From Patescibacteria group bacterium (GTDB taxonomy: Bacteria > Patescibacteriota > Patescibacteriia > JBHPGJ01), in NCBI GenBank assembly GCA_042570545.1, contig JBHPGJ010000002.1, forward strand, positions 31,741-95,740: 64,000 nucleotides of DNA, in the 5' to 3' direction. The translations under genes and the position numbers were made by a program. Below, piece by piece: positions 9,102 through 18,900 of this stretch. The notes under the pieces were generated by a model. The model did no database searches, had not been told where the DNA came from, and worked only from the letters and a program-made list of their open reading frames with translations. Position 1 is the stretch's first letter. Each line of letters opens with the position of its first letter.

Positions 9102-10385
9102 TTGATGATTCGTCGCGCTATTATTATTGCCAGTCTAATAATCTTGGTTATACCATTATTTCCCCGTCCAGCTCTGGCTGCGGGTTCGATGTTTTTAGCG
9201 CCTAATTCCGGTAATTTTTCACCCGGCTCGACTATAACTATGAGTGTGGTGATCGGTACCGGCGGCCAGGCCATTAATTCAGCTCAAGCAACGATTGCTT
9301 ATTCGGATGATACTTTGGATTTACTAAGCGTTTCCCGCGGTGGTTCGATATTTACCCTCTGGCCGGTAGAGCCTAGCGGCGGTGGTGGACAGATAACATT
9401 TGCCGGCGGCTTGCCTACGCCCGGATACAACGGCAACGGTGGTTTAATCATATCAGCCACTTTTCGGGCGGCTGCTTTAGGCACGGCTACGGCTAGAGTG
9501 ACCAGTGGACAGTTATTATTAAATGACGGCTCAGGTACAAATATTCTAACCGGTTTTGGAGCTGCTACCTGGTCGATAACCGAAACGCCTGAACCGCCAC
9601 CCCCGACTGAAGTTATTGAGCGTTTACCAGCACCCGAGGTAAGTTCGGAAACGCATCCCAATCAAGATACTTGGTATAATGAGGAACTGATAAAATTGAA
9701 ATGGAATAAATTAGAAGGGGCGCTTGATTTTAGCTATGTGTACGATGATCAAGAAGGCACTACTCCAGATGATAATCCAGAGGGCAGTGATAGTAGCATC
9801 GAAATAAAAGATACCAGTGATGGTATTGCTTATTTTCACATCAAGGTCAGAAATGAAGGTGGCTGGAGCGATACGGCTCACTTTAGAGTAAAAATTGACA
9901 CCACACCGCCTAAAAAATTTACTATTAGACTTGAGGGAGAGAATCCAACCGGCATATTGAGACCCTATATACATTTTAGGACAACTGATGCACATTCAGG
10001 CATTAAAACCTACCAGGTATATATAGATGGAAACAAAGGTACAACGGTTAAATCAGGAAAAACCACCCCCTACCGTTTAAGTGAACTGAGTCTGGGTGAG
10101 CATGAAATCCAAGTAGAAGCCACCGATAATGCTGAAAATAGCCGATCAGCAAAATTAATGATTACGGTTGTCGATCGTGGCGATGATGGCGGGGTACAAT
10201 ATATAACCAAATATGTAGGCGAAGGCTCAATTTTCCGACAATTTGTATTTTGGTTAATGTGGATATTATTACTGCTGCTGTTAATAATAATCATGTTCTT
10301 TATCTTGTGGAAACGGAAAAAGAAGAAAGAAGACGACGAAAAATACCGGGGTATTCCCAGTAATTATAGCCAACCAAAAAGTTAA
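9102..10385 (+). CDS. Second cohesin-domain protein with Ig-like domains and C-terminal TM anchor
   Basis: INSAQATIAYSDDTLDLLSVS...SATFRAAALGTA cohesin pattern, Pro linker, SSETHPNQ module paralogous to the previous gene, TM followed by KRKKKK. Confidence 0.75.
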   Translation: MMIRRAIIIASLIILVIPLFPRPALAAGSMFLAPNSGNFSPGSTITMSVVIGTGGQAINSAQATIAYSDDTLDLLSVSRGGSIFTLWPVEPSGGGGQITFAGGLPTPGYNGNGGLIISATFRAAALGTATARVTSGQLLLNDGSGTNILTGFGAATWSITETPEPPPPTEVIERLPAPEVSSETHPNQDTWYNEELIKLKWNKLEGALDFSYVYDDQEGTTPDDNPEGSDSSIEIKDTSDGIAYFHIKVRNEGGWSDTAHFRVKIDTTPPKKFTIRLEGENPTGILRPYIHFRTTDAHSGIKTYQVYIDGNKGTTVKSGKTTPYRLSELSLGEHEIQVEATDNAENSRSAKLMITVVDRGDDGGVQYITKYVGEGSIFRQFVFWLMWILLLLLLIIIMFFILWKRKKKKEDDEKYRGIPSNYSQPKS

Positions 10386-10386
10386 T

Positions 10387-11358
10387 CTAATCTAATGTTT
10401 GCGGTGGGTATATTTCTGGCTGATTTTTTATTATTACCTTAATAACGGCTTTCTGTTTTCTTAGAGAATCTTTTTTATCTGTGATCGGCGTAGTAAAATA
10501 CCTTTTTAACAGACCGATATAAGTAAGGCCGTATATAACCCAGAGCAAGCCGATAAATGATATCTTACTGGCCCAATAGTCTCCTGACTGGCCAAATTTT
10601 TTATAGTATCTAAACAGTGACGAATAATATTCCTGCTTGGTCCAATAAGGATCAAGCCGGGTGGTGCTTTGTCCCCTAAGGTGAACTATATCAGTGGTCG
10701 GAACCAAATAAATATTTTTTTGTTTATTAATTATCCGCCTGGCCAGATCAACATCATTGAAAAATATGGGGAAATTCTCATCTAACAATCCTCTGATTTC
10801 ATCAATAACCGACCTTCTAAGCATCAGACAAGTGCAGGCCGCCTGCTCAATTATTTTTTCCTGATCAAACTTGTCTTTTATCATCAGGAACTTCTTCGCT
10901 GATGGAGTAGTGATCTTGGCAAAATGATGTAGGCCAGAGGCTAGCATTCGCATTACAGTCGGTAGTTGCCGGTGGTAACCGTATTGGATACTGCCATCAC
11001 TATTTAGAAATCGGCAGGTTACTCCGGCAGCTGATGAATTTCGATCTAAATAACCGCTTAGCTCGGTCAAGGTGTTTTTCTCTAAAATCACATCGTCATT
11101 AAGCATCAATACATAATCACCTGTGGCCTGTGCGTAGCCCTGGTTATTGCCGGCGGCGAAGCCGATATTATTTTTATTGATAGTTAATAACGCATTTGGG
11201 AATTCTTCTTGAATAAGTTTTACTGTGTTGTCCGAGGAAGCGTTGTCGATGATAATTAATTCAAAACCATCGGCAAAATCAGATCGACTGATCGACTGCA
11301 GACATTCTTTAATACGCCCCTCGCTGTTCCAGGTGACAATGATTATTGAAATTTTCAT
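10387..11358 (-). CDS. Glycosyltransferase family 2
   Basis: ISIIIVTWN, IIIDNASSD, NIGFAAGNNQG, LMLNDD motifs. Confidence 0.9.
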   Translation of the reverse strand: MKISIIIVTWNSEGRIKECLQSISRSDFADGFELIIIDNASSDNTVKLIQEEFPNALLTINKNNIGFAAGNNQGYAQATGDYVLMLNDDVILEKNTLTELSGYLDRNSSAAGVTCRFLNSDGSIQYGYHRQLPTVMRMLASGLHHFAKITTPSAKKFLMIKDKFDQEKIIEQAACTCLMLRRSVIDEIRGLLDENFPIFFNDVDLARRIINKQKNIYLVPTTDIVHLRGQSTTRLDPYWTKQEYYSSLFRYYKKFGQSGDYWASKISFIGLLWVIYGLTYIGLLKRYFTTPITDKKDSLRKQKAVIKVIIKNQPEIYPPQTLD

Positions 11359-12422
11359 TCTGGCGGTTGTATGGCATCAAGAAAGCGATTAGCTGTTTTA
11401 TGCCAGTCAAAATGTTTGGCAAAGTGACCAGCCTTATGACCCATAAGCTTTCTCAGATTCTTAAATTTAATAAGTTTTAACATAGCGGCTGCTAAATCAT
11501 GAGGCCGAGCAGTTACGCACAGGCCGGTTTGATCGTGTTCAATTGATTCGGCCAGCCCCGGCAGGTTATAGACGATAGACGGTGTCTTATAATTAGCAGC
11601 GTCGTATATAGGCGCATTCCAGCCGCGACTAGGAGCAGTTGATATTATGGCCCAGGCTCGTTGATACTGTTCGGCCAGTTGAGCTGGACTTAATTTGCTA
11701 TACCAACGGATGTTGTTGTTTATCCCTAACTGAGCAGCTTGGGTTACAATTTTTTGTCTGTATGTTGGCCCCTCGTTGTTTATTACCCACAACGTTGACG
11801 TCGGGTATTGGGGCAGCGTCTGGGTAAAGGCATCTAAAATATCCTCAAAATTATTTTCGGCCTTAAGTGAGCCGTGATACAACCAAGTTGGATTTACAGT
11901 CTTGGGGACATTAACCTGATCAACATTAGTAACCAATCCGGGGGGTAATATATAAAGACGCCCAAAATCAGATGAATTTAGTTGATCGTAGATATGTGGA
12001 GAGGTTGTGAAAACCAAATCATGACGATGGGGCTTGAGTTGTTTGTTTGTTATCTGCTTGTCAAGTGAGGATTTAGCATTATATTTTTGATGCACAAATA
12101 TAATTCGAGAATTTGCCGGAACATAAGAAGAGGTGGCGAATGACTTATGGTTTACGGTCTCGGCCACATAATCGGTAGTACCTGAGGCTTTATCGTTCCA
12201 AAATTGTCGAGCTTGACTACTGATATTATTTTCACCACCGCGGCGAATATAAGTAATACCGTTTTGGGCCGATATATCATGACCTTGGTGGTGCTGGCTG
12301 GACAAACAAGTTACTTGATGCCCACGGGCAGCAATTTTCTCAGCTAAGGCGGCAACAAAATGCTCTGGCTCGCCAGCTAATGGATGACTGGTATCTCTGA
12401 TATTTAAAAATAAGAAATTCAT
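11355..12422 (-). CDS. Glycosyltransferase family 4 (GT-B), divergent
   Basis: RDTSHPLAGEPE N-terminal motif, PGLAESIEHDQTGL, FDWHKTA end. The E-x7-E motif is altered. Confidence 0.75.
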   Translation of the reverse strand: MNFLFLNIRDTSHPLAGEPEHFVAALAEKIAARGHQVTCLSSQHHQGHDISAQNGITYIRRGGENNISSQARQFWNDKASGTTDYVAETVNHKSFATSSYVPANSRIIFVHQKYNAKSSLDKQITNKQLKPHRHDLVFTTSPHIYDQLNSSDFGRLYILPPGLVTNVDQVNVPKTVNPTWLYHGSLKAENNFEDILDAFTQTLPQYPTSTLWVINNEGPTYRQKIVTQAAQLGINNNIRWYSKLSPAQLAEQYQRAWAIISTAPSRGWNAPIYDAANYKTPSIVYNLPGLAESIEHDQTGLCVTARPHDLAAAMLKLIKFKNLRKLMGHKAGHFAKHFDWHKTANRFLDAIQPPE

Positions 12423-12601
12423 ATTTTTATATGTTGAGTATAGCAGAATATTAATAAATGGTTACCAAGCTGATAAGATTTTCATAACTTGATTTTTATC
12501 GCATTTTTGCTATAATTTCTCTACTTATTATCTAATCTTAGCCAAAATCTTAACTTAATAGGCCTTATATAGTTAAGTTTGAATTATGAAAGTCACTTGT
12601 G

Positions 12602-12678
12602 GGGTGATTAGCTCAGCCGGTTAGAGCGCTATCCTCACACGATAGAGGCCCCTGGTTCAAGTCCAGGATCACCCACCA
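12602..12678 (+). tRNA. tRNA-Val(CAC)
   Basis: Acceptor GGGTGAT/ATCACCC, anticodon arm CTATC-CTCACAC-GATAG, T-loop GTTCAAGT, encoded CCA. Confidence 0.95.
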
Positions 12679-12692
12679 AAGAAATTTATTTC

Positions 12693-13358
12693 ATGGAAAA
12701 ATCAAGTACTAATTCAGATAAAAAAAGTCCTAAAGCAAAACCGGGATACAAATCCCAAGCTCGACTTACCAAACCAGAAGAAATAGCCCCGCCCTTTAAA
12801 ACTTCAGTGCGTGATTTTGTTATCGAAGTAGTTAAGGTCGTGGTGATCGCGCTGGCCATCATAATCCCAGTCCGTTATTTTCTGGTCCAGCCTTTTTATG
12901 TCAAGGGAGCGTCAATGGAGCCAAATTTTCAGGATCATGAATATTTGATAATTGATGAGATTAGTTATCGTTTTCGCGAACCAAATCGCGGCGAAGTGAT
13001 TGTAGTTAGAAATCCTCAACAGCGTAAAGAATTTTTTATAAAACGAATAGTTGGACTGCCGGGTGAGACAGTGGAAATTACAAATGATCGTATAAAAATT
13101 TCATCAGATCTCTACCCCACAGGTATAATCATAGATGAGTCTAGTTATTTGCCGGAAAATATAATAACCAAAGGTAACTTAGTAACCGTACTGGGGGACA
13201 CGGAATATTTTATCATGGGTGATAATCGCAACGCCAGTCTTGATTCCCGCATTTTTGGACCAGTAAACGATAGGGATATTATTGGCCGAGCCTGGCTAAG
13301 AGCCTGGCCAATAACCGAATGGCGCAGTTTTTCATCACCAGTTTATAATTATCCCTAA
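12693..13358 (+). CDS. lepB: Signal peptidase I
   Basis: TM then VKGASMEPNF (catalytic Ser), FIKRIVGLPGE (Lys), GDNRNASLDSR. Confidence 0.95.
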   Translation: MEKSSTNSDKKSPKAKPGYKSQARLTKPEEIAPPFKTSVRDFVIEVVKVVVIALAIIIPVRYFLVQPFYVKGASMEPNFQDHEYLIIDEISYRFREPNRGEVIVVRNPQQRKEFFIKRIVGLPGETVEITNDRIKISSDLYPTGIIIDESSYLPENIITKGNLVTVLGDTEYFIMGDNRNASLDSRIFGPVNDRDIIGRAWLRAWPITEWRSFSSPVYNYP

Positions 13359-13365
13359 GGAATAA

Positions 13366-14778
13366 ATGCCTACTAAAAAAAACGCCAAGGACAAACAAAC
13401 CCTACAATTACTTCGCGGATTTAAAGATATAATGCCCGATGACCAGCCAGCCTGGCTTTGGGTGCGGCAGCTAGTGAAGCAGATCGCTGCCAGCTACGGC
13501 TACCGGCGCCTGGACACGCCAATATTGGAAATGGAAAATTTGTTTGCCCGTACTATTGGTGAAGAAAGTGACATAGTCGAGAAAGAAATGTTTGTCTTCA
13601 CTGACCGTGGTGGTAATAAAGTAACCTTACGTCCAGAAACAACGGCCAGCTTTGCCCGCGCTTACGTAGAGCATGGACTGGTCAATCGTCCGCAACCGGT
13701 AAAGATGTATTATTTTGGCCCGCAATTTAGATATGACCGTCCGCAAGCCGGACGCTACCGTCAATTTCACCAGTTTGGCTTTGAATCTTTTGGTGAACAA
13801 GACGCCATTAATGATGCCCAACTTATTCAATTAGCACACTCGTTGTTGACCTATGAATTGAAGTTGCCTATCTCTTTACAAGTAAACAGTATTGGCGACA
13901 AACAATGCCGACCGCAATATATAAGATCATTAAACGATTACTACAAATCCCGTAAAAATGCCCTTTGTGACGAATGCAAGATCAGATTGAAAACTAATCC
14001 ATTGCGATTGCTTGACTGCAAAGAAAAAGATTGTCAGGAACTGGCGTCGTCAGCTCCACAGACAGTTGACCATCTTTGTGAAGAATGTCGAGATCATTTT
14101 GTAAGGTTGTTAGAATATCTTGATGAGTTGGAGTTGGGTTATGAACTTAATCCCAAATTAGTTCGTGGTCTGGACTACTATACCAAAACAGTATTTGAAA
14201 TTTGGCCAGCTAATGATCCCGAAGGATCCCAGTCGGCCTTGATCGGCGGCGGTCGCTACGATAATCTAGTGGCCCTGGTCGGTGGCCGACCAACGCCAGC
14301 TGTCGGTTTTGCTGCCGGCGTTGAGCGTATTATCAGCCAACTACACAAAAATAATGTTGTTATTCCCAAGGCTGATCAGGCAGATGTTTTCTTAACCCAA
14401 CTGGGCGACAAGGGAAGAAAGAAGAGCTTAAAATTATTTGAAGATATGAGACGTGCCGGTATTAATGTTTCTGAGAGCTTGTCCAAAGACAGTATCAAAT
14501 CACAATTAGAGATTGCTAACAATCTGGCCTGTAAGTTTAGTATCATCTTAGGTCAGAAAGAAATAATGGACGAAACAATTCTAATACGAGATATGGAAAA
14601 TGGCATCCAAGAAGTTGTTGATTTTGCTAAAGCAATACCAGAAATAAAAAAACGCCTTGATAAATATCAGAGCAGCAGCATTTCAAATCATGAAATAGAA
14701 CATCCAGCCGAAGAGAAAGGACCAGAAAAGAGAGGATCCGAAGAGAAAGAATCTGAAGAGAAAAAATCAAATGACTGA
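13366..14778 (+). CDS. hisS: Histidine--tRNA ligase
   Basis: RGFKD, LRPETTA, FRYDRPQAGRYRQFHQ, LVRGLDYY, GGGRYD. Confidence 0.97.
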   Translation: MPTKKNAKDKQTLQLLRGFKDIMPDDQPAWLWVRQLVKQIAASYGYRRLDTPILEMENLFARTIGEESDIVEKEMFVFTDRGGNKVTLRPETTASFARAYVEHGLVNRPQPVKMYYFGPQFRYDRPQAGRYRQFHQFGFESFGEQDAINDAQLIQLAHSLLTYELKLPISLQVNSIGDKQCRPQYIRSLNDYYKSRKNALCDECKIRLKTNPLRLLDCKEKDCQELASSAPQTVDHLCEECRDHFVRLLEYLDELELGYELNPKLVRGLDYYTKTVFEIWPANDPEGSQSALIGGGRYDNLVALVGGRPTPAVGFAAGVERIISQLHKNNVVIPKADQADVFLTQLGDKGRKKSLKLFEDMRRAGINVSESLSKDSIKSQLEIANNLACKFSIILGQKEIMDETILIRDMENGIQEVVDFAKAIPEIKKRLDKYQSSSISNHEIEHPAEEKGPEKRGSEEKESEEKKSND

Positions 14779-15112
14779 TTGTATTTTCTGTAAAATCATT
14801 ACTGGAGAAATTGAATCGAATAAATTATACGAAGACAACAAAGCTGTTGTTGTTAAAGATATCAAACCACAAGCGCCAGTACATTTATTAGTAGTCCCAA
14901 ATAAACATATACCGACCTTAGACGACACTACAAAGGAAGATGATAAGCTGCTTGGTCATCTAATTGGCTTGGCTCGAGATTCGGCGCGAGAAAACAACAT
15001 TTCCACTAATGGCTATCGGGTGGTAATAAACTGTCGTCAGCATGGTGGACAAGAAGTAGACCACCTACATGTGCATATACTGGGCGGCAAACAACTTGGG
15101 CAAATTGTGTAA
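14771..15112 (+). CDS. HIT family nucleotide-binding protein
   Basis: DCIFCKII start and HLHVHILGG histidine triad. Confidence 0.95.
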   Translation: MTDCIFCKIITGEIESNKLYEDNKAVVVKDIKPQAPVHLLVVPNKHIPTLDDTTKEDDKLLGHLIGLARDSARENNISTNGYRVVINCRQHGGQEVDHLHVHILGGKQLGQIV

Positions 15113-15131
15113 AAGTGCTTAAAAGGGCAGT

Positions 15132-15160
15132 TTGACGTAGCCCGCTAAAGTTGTTATAGT
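15132..15160 (+). promoter_or_regulatory. Sigma70-type promoter upstream of rpsU
   Basis: TTGACG (15132-15137), 17 bp spacer, TATAGT (15155-15160) with extended TG. Confidence 0.65.
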
Positions 15161-15192
15161 AAATTTGAAATTTAATTCATATTATCTACACC

Positions 15193-15201
15193 AGGAGGTG
15201 A
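15193..15201 (+). promoter_or_regulatory. Extended Shine-Dalgarno of rpsU
   Basis: AGGAGGTGA, 10 nt before GTG 15212; 9/9 complementary to the canonical anti-SD. Confidence 0.75.
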
Positions 15202-15211
15202 ATTCAATCAA

Positions 15212-15487
15212 GTGGTCGAAGTCAGGAAGAAGGAAGGAGAATCGGGCGAATCATTAATTCGTCGCTTCAATAAACGAGTTCAACAAAGCGGCGTCCTTAT
15301 TCAAGCCAAGCGTGGACGGTTTTTTGAAACACCAAAGAATAAAAGACAAATGAGAGAAGATGCCCAAAGACGAAGCGAAATAAAAGAACAGAAAGAATTA
15401 TTGCGCAAAATGGGTAAACTTGAAGAAAATTACGGTTCGCGTGGACGACGTCGAACAAGTTCTCGACCCCTCCCTAGAGTAAAATAA
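15212..15487 (+). CDS. rpsU: 30S ribosomal protein bS21
   Basis: VEVRKKEGES.ESLIRRFNKRVQQSGVL...RFFETP pattern; HIT-rpsU-yqeY context. Confidence 0.88.
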   Translation: MVEVRKKEGESGESLIRRFNKRVQQSGVLIQAKRGRFFETPKNKRQMREDAQRRSEIKEQKELLRKMGKLEENYGSRGRRRTSSRPLPRVK

Positions 15488-15506
15488 ACGATTATCACAG
15501 CTTGTC

Positions 15507-15977
15507 ATGTCACTAAAAGATAGAATCGAGGCTGATTATCGTAAAGCCTTTAAAAGTAAACAGACCGAAGTCATGTCAGCTTTGCGCCTGCTTAAAGCAG
15601 CTGTAAAAAATGCGGAAATCGCGAAACGTAAAGATTTTGAAGATGATGAAGTAGAAAAGGTAATTAACCAAGAGGCTAAAAAAGTAAGGGATAGTATCGA
15701 AGCTTACCAACAGGGAAATCGTCAAGATCTGGTCAAGCAAGAAGAAGCTCAACTTAAGGTAATGGAAGACTATCTGCCCGAGCAGTTAAGCCCGGAAGAG
15801 TTAAAGGATATTGTTCACGACGTAATAAATCGATTACAAGCTAGTCGGCCCCAGGATATGGGACGAGTGATGAAAGAGATAATGTCTGTCACCGAGGGAC
15901 AAGCTGACGGTAAGCAAGTAAAAGAACTGGTCCAATCATTTCTAACATCAAATCAGGATAATTCTCAAAACCCATGA
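15507..15977 (+). CDS. yqeY: GatB/YqeY domain protein
   Basis: MSLKDRIEAD...LRLLKAAVKNAEI...YLPEQLS...DMGRVMK...GQADGK. Confidence 0.93.
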   Translation: MSLKDRIEADYRKAFKSKQTEVMSALRLLKAAVKNAEIAKRKDFEDDEVEKVINQEAKKVRDSIEAYQQGNRQDLVKQEEAQLKVMEDYLPEQLSPEELKDIVHDVINRLQASRPQDMGRVMKEIMSVTEGQADGKQVKELVQSFLTSNQDNSQNP

Positions 15978-18900
15978 GTAAAAGGCGCAAGTCTAACAAG
16001 ACCAACGTCTTAGTTATTATCGCTGCCCTAACCGCTGCAGTTTCAGTTGGTGGATTTTTTAGTCTGGTAAGCGTATCGGCTCAAACCTCATTTTCAATTG
16101 AAGATATTGGCAGCTCGATTGGTCTAGGCTCGGCTGACCTCAAAGATGTAGTTATAAATGTAATTAAGTGGGCGCTGGGTATACTAGCCCTAGCGGCGGT
16201 GGCCATAATGATCTACGGCGGTTTTCTATGGATTACAGCTCGGGGCCGGGAAGAACAAATTGAAAAAGCCAAGAAAGTAATCATTGGCGCCCTGATCGGC
16301 GTGGTCATTGTATTGCTATCGTGGGCAATTGTACTGTTTGTGGAGCGGTTTATATCAGGCAGTACCCAGACGGGGGGTACGGTTTGTACACCGGGCGACC
16401 AGATACCGCCAATACCCGCGACTGCTTGTTTTGTCTGTAATGCCACTGGTACGTCCTGGGTGCCGACAGGTGATCCAGCGTGTATACCAGGTCCGTCAGT
16501 ATTTACTTTGACTGACGTTGAGACTTCTAATAATGGCGATGCTACCGATGTACATCTTTGCAGTAATGCCAACAGTATCTTTAATCATAGACTTAATGCT
16601 CAAACGATCCTTGATGCTGATACCCTGGGCGATCTGGGGATTTATGAAAATCCCAACACACCCGGTGAGATTGAAGTGCTCGGATCTTTCATACCGCTAA
16701 CTAACTCAGCTACTTGGAAACACCAGCTGCATTGTTCAAATGATCGTACTCAATCATGCAATAATGATGCTGATTGTGGCGGTGCGCCAAATACTTGTGA
16801 CAAATTATTTGCAGCCAACACTGACTATGAAGCGCGATTTCCCCAAAGTATAGAAAATTTTTCAGGTGATTTTCTCCAAGCCTGTAGTGCCTTACCCGGC
16901 TGCAGCTTTAATAATATTACTAATAATTTTGAATTTGACTTTCACGTCGGCGTTACCACCGATATAGTGGAACCAACCATTGTCTCGGCTGATCCTATGC
17001 TGCCAGGCAATCCCGGCTACCCCGACCGCACCATTTCTCGATATCCGATCATTGATGTAAGTTTTAATGAACCGATTGATATGACGACGGTAGCTGCTCT
17101 TGATGTGATGGGAGTGGCCCGGCCAATACCGGCTAATGTAAAAATTGAACAATGGGATAATGATCCAGACGCTGGTGGTGCTTATGTGGTCGATGTCGAT
17201 CCAAATATAATTCAAGTTCAGGCCAAGCCGCAAGGCTTTAAACTAAGTTTAGATGGCGGTCATCTATTAGAACCCTTTACCTGGTATAAGATTATTGTTG
17301 ATAATGTTGAGGACCTGTGCGGCAACAGTATGGTAGCCCAAGTTGATTGGAATTTCCAAACTACCGATGCCGTACCCGGTGTGGTTGGTGTTTATCCGCC
17401 GGCTGGCAGCTCAAATGTTTGTCCTGATACTAAAATAGTAGTTACTTTTGGCACCACGATGTTTAATAGCGATGTCACTTTTCAGGTAACTGGAGGGTCA
17501 GTCCCTATAGTGATTACTCTGCCAGCAGCGTCAACAATGTTTCCCGGTCCTTATACTTGGACTGATGGAGGCGGCAATACGATTAGAGTAGTTGATCCAG
17601 GGCCAACGGCTGATAACAATTTCCGGGTTTATGAAGTTACGCCCGGTGTGCCGTTAGATATTAATACTACCTATGACGTGGCAATAACTACTACCCTCCA
17701 AATTGATGTTAACGGCACTACCTTAAGTCATAACTGGCAGTTTGCTACTTCTACACCCGAACTATGTGCTTGCACGCCGTTTGTGGCCACTGTTCAGCCC
17801 AATCAGGGCCCGCGTGGTATGTGTGTATCAATAGTTGGCGAGTGTTTTGACGGCACCGCAGCTCATCCGGCAACGGTTAGCAACGTGGAATTTGACGTCG
17901 ATTATGGCAATCCACCTCCACCAGCCCCTTGGACCTCGGGTGAAGTTACATACAATATTTTATTACCGGATATTATCGGTACCAGTATACCGCTGATAAA
18001 TACCAACGATGGCAATAATCCAATATTCTTTAACGGTGACTGGCCGCGAGCCCGGGTTACTATAGCTTATGCCGACCCTGCATATGGATCGCATAGCTCT
18101 GATCCGGCCACTAATTCCTTCTTTGTCAATTCAGATAATCTGGCTGACGGGCCGTGCTTATTCTCACTAAATCCTGGTGCCGGTATTGCCGGTACCACAG
18201 TTAATGCTAAGGGTATTAGATTTGGTGATCCGCCCCCAGCACAAACAACGGCTGAAATTCACTTTGAGGATGGCTCCGGCGGAGCCAACGCCGGCTGGCT
18301 GCCCGGCGGCTGGTCACAGACCGATATACTAACAAGCGTTCCCGGTTGGGCCATAGATGGCGATGTCTTTGTCCGTAACGACGCCGGTGATTCTAATAAA
18401 ATTTACTTTGATGTCATACCGCCGGCCCCAACAAGTCCAATGGTACTGGGACATTGGCCAATTTGTGCCTCAGCCTGCCTGAATGCCGGTATGGGCGCTG
18501 ATTTTAATCTAAATGTTGAAATGGATCCGACCACGATAGATGGCAATACTATCAACGTCTGGAAATGTACTGATGGACCGACATGTAATGTTTTTGATCC
18601 GATACCAGTAGCCATAACCGTGCCGTCATATGTTTTCAATCCAATAATTCCTATGAACCGGGCTGAGTGGTTTGGTCAAAACGACTTTGATCCTATTGAG
18701 TATTATCGAGTGATTATGAGTAATGGTATTTTAGCTCTGAGCGACGGCACGCCGATCACCAATCTAAATTACGATGATCCAAATAACGCCATCAACGGTC
18801 TGGATAGCTTCAGCTGGATATTCCAAACCGGCGCCTCAGCTTGTGATATAGATACTATTAATACACTGCCTGATGCAGTTACCATGACCTTTGCCAATCA

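Noticed and set aside
7113-10385. Cellulosome interpretation of the cohesin and dockerin genes
   Set aside because: There is no glycoside hydrolase or multi-cohesin scaffoldin; each anchor has one cohesin and the dockerin protein is non-catalytic.
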